Virus record (IMG/VR): IMGVR_UViG_3300029448_006778
Location: 1 to 55,700 of that record
Direction: 5' to 3' (one strand)
Source: a virus
Lineage: Duplodnaviria; Caudoviricetes
DNA length: 55,700 bases
Below are positions 54,970 to 55,700 of this stretch, one piece after another. The notes under the pieces were generated by a model. The model searched no databases. It worked only from the letters and a program-made list of their open reading frames with translations, and was not told the DNA's origin. The translations under genes and the position numbers were made by a program. Positions within the stretch are counted from its first letter, which is position 1, and each line of letters starts with the position of its first letter.

Positions 54970-55700
54970 TTATACACCATCACCACTACCACCGGCTCCA
55001 CCATTTCCACCTTGTGATTGTATACCACCAGTTGTTGAACCTGAATTTTGATTTATTGTTCTTGCAAAAATCAACACAATTCCACCAGTTCCACCAGCAC
55101 TGCCTCCAGTTCCACCATCAAGAGCCAAGTTGGTGTTTCCTCTTCCACCGACACCACCATTTGCTCCTGCTTGTAATGTACCACCATAACCACCTGATCC
55201 AGAAACACCTGGTGAACCACCTGCTGCTCCACCATTACCACCAGTAGATCCATTGTTATGTATAGTTCCACTATTAGTTAATGTTTTTTTGACAAATAAT
55301 CTATATCCATGTGTACATAATTTTACACCACTATCTATTTGTAAGTTATTACAATAAACATCATTAGTCATATGATATTCATCTGAACCTGTATATGCAA
55401 ATGCAACTGAATTAGATGAAGTTATCGCATTAGTTGCATTAAAAGTACTACTTACACTTTCTCTATTCATTGCAGATTTGTTTCCTGTTATATATGCACT
55501 TAGTCTTGTACTTCCTGTAAACTCACCATCAGTTCCTGCTCCAAACAATCTACTTCTTTCAATCAAATAATCGTCACTTGCAATGTTACCATCTTTTTGG
55601 AAAGTTATTTGTGATGAACCAGTCATAAATGTTGCCTGTCCATCTGGTAATAATGCATAACCACTACTACTGATTTCTAAATTATTTCCTGAACTACTGA
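54970..55700 (-). CDS. 3' part of a large glycine-rich tail/virion protein (5' end beyond the window)
   Basis: The frame stays open from the window end (SSSGNNLEISSSGYALLPDGQATF-MTGS...); FGAGTDG and GGTGGIVLIFA mark a Gly-rich domain. Confidence 0.75.
   Translation of the reverse strand, partial: SSSGNNLEISSSGYALLPDGQATFMTGSSQITFQKDGNIASDDYLIERSRLFGAGTDGEFTGSTRLSAYITGNKSAMNRESVSSTFNATNAITSSNSVAFAYTGSDEYHMTNDVYCNNLQIDSGVKLCTHGYRLFVKKTLTNSGTIHNNGSTGGNGGAAGGSPGVSGSGGYGGTLQAGANGGVGGRGNTNLALDGGTGGSAGGTGGIVLIFARTINQNSGSTTGGIQSQGGNGGAGGSGDGV

Noticed and set aside
43960-55250. Short tandem-like repeats (ggttgttgt at ~43960-44050, ccacca runs at 54430-55250) as a CRISPR array or DNA repeat element
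   Set aside because: They are coding low-complexity Gln/Pro and Gly tracts with no constant repeat-spacer period.
77-55271. Plus-strand ORFs and short nested minus-strand ORFs in the track (e.g. 388-717, 8121-8510, 16196-16639, 37116-37307, 54858-55247)
   Set aside because: They overlap well-supported minus-strand genes, mostly show the F/L/S/I-rich composition of shadow frames and carry no recognisable motifs.
1-55700. Diversity-generating retroelement, integrase/transposase, tRNA or rRNA genes, alternative genetic code
   Set aside because: No reverse transcriptase, recombinase or near-identical repeat pair was seen, and no gap shows a tRNA fold. Genes tile densely under the standard code, using TAA, TAG and TGA as stops.

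Overview
A 55.7 kb, very AT-rich segment of a large tailed dsDNA phage with T4-like head genes. All credible genes are on the minus strand and tightly packed, many with overlapping stop/start codons. In transcription order (right to left) there are four blocks. (1) Gly-rich and tail-fibre genes, including an S74 chaperone protein and two proteins ending in Hint (intein-like) domains. (2) A ~34 kb glycan synthesis and modification island: GT2/GT4/GT7/GT10-like transferases, nucleotide-sugar enzymes, carbamoyl-, sulfo-, methyl- and aminotransferases, SGNH proteins, three radical SAM enzymes and a split TPP enzyme. A structured, attenuator-like leader sits in its middle. (3) A P-loop kinase, a GH108 endolysin, modular basic proteins and a 1720-aa multi-enzyme protein (CCA-adding enzyme, possible ART-like domain, HIGH-type nucleotidyltransferase, KxDG ligase-like domain). 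(4) Terminase, portal, prohead protease and several proteins sharing an N-terminal MIKLxxLLxE leader. The best candidate for an undescribed system is a leader-tagged, protease-processed, head-packaged RNA/tRNA repair kit (kinase, HAD phosphatase, ligase-like domain, CCA enzyme). Other strong candidates are the riboswitch-like leader at 37046-37170, the twin C-terminal Hint domains, and GT7 enzymes with a LamG domain inserted in the catalytic fold. All calls come from reading motifs by eye; no database searches or folding programs were run.
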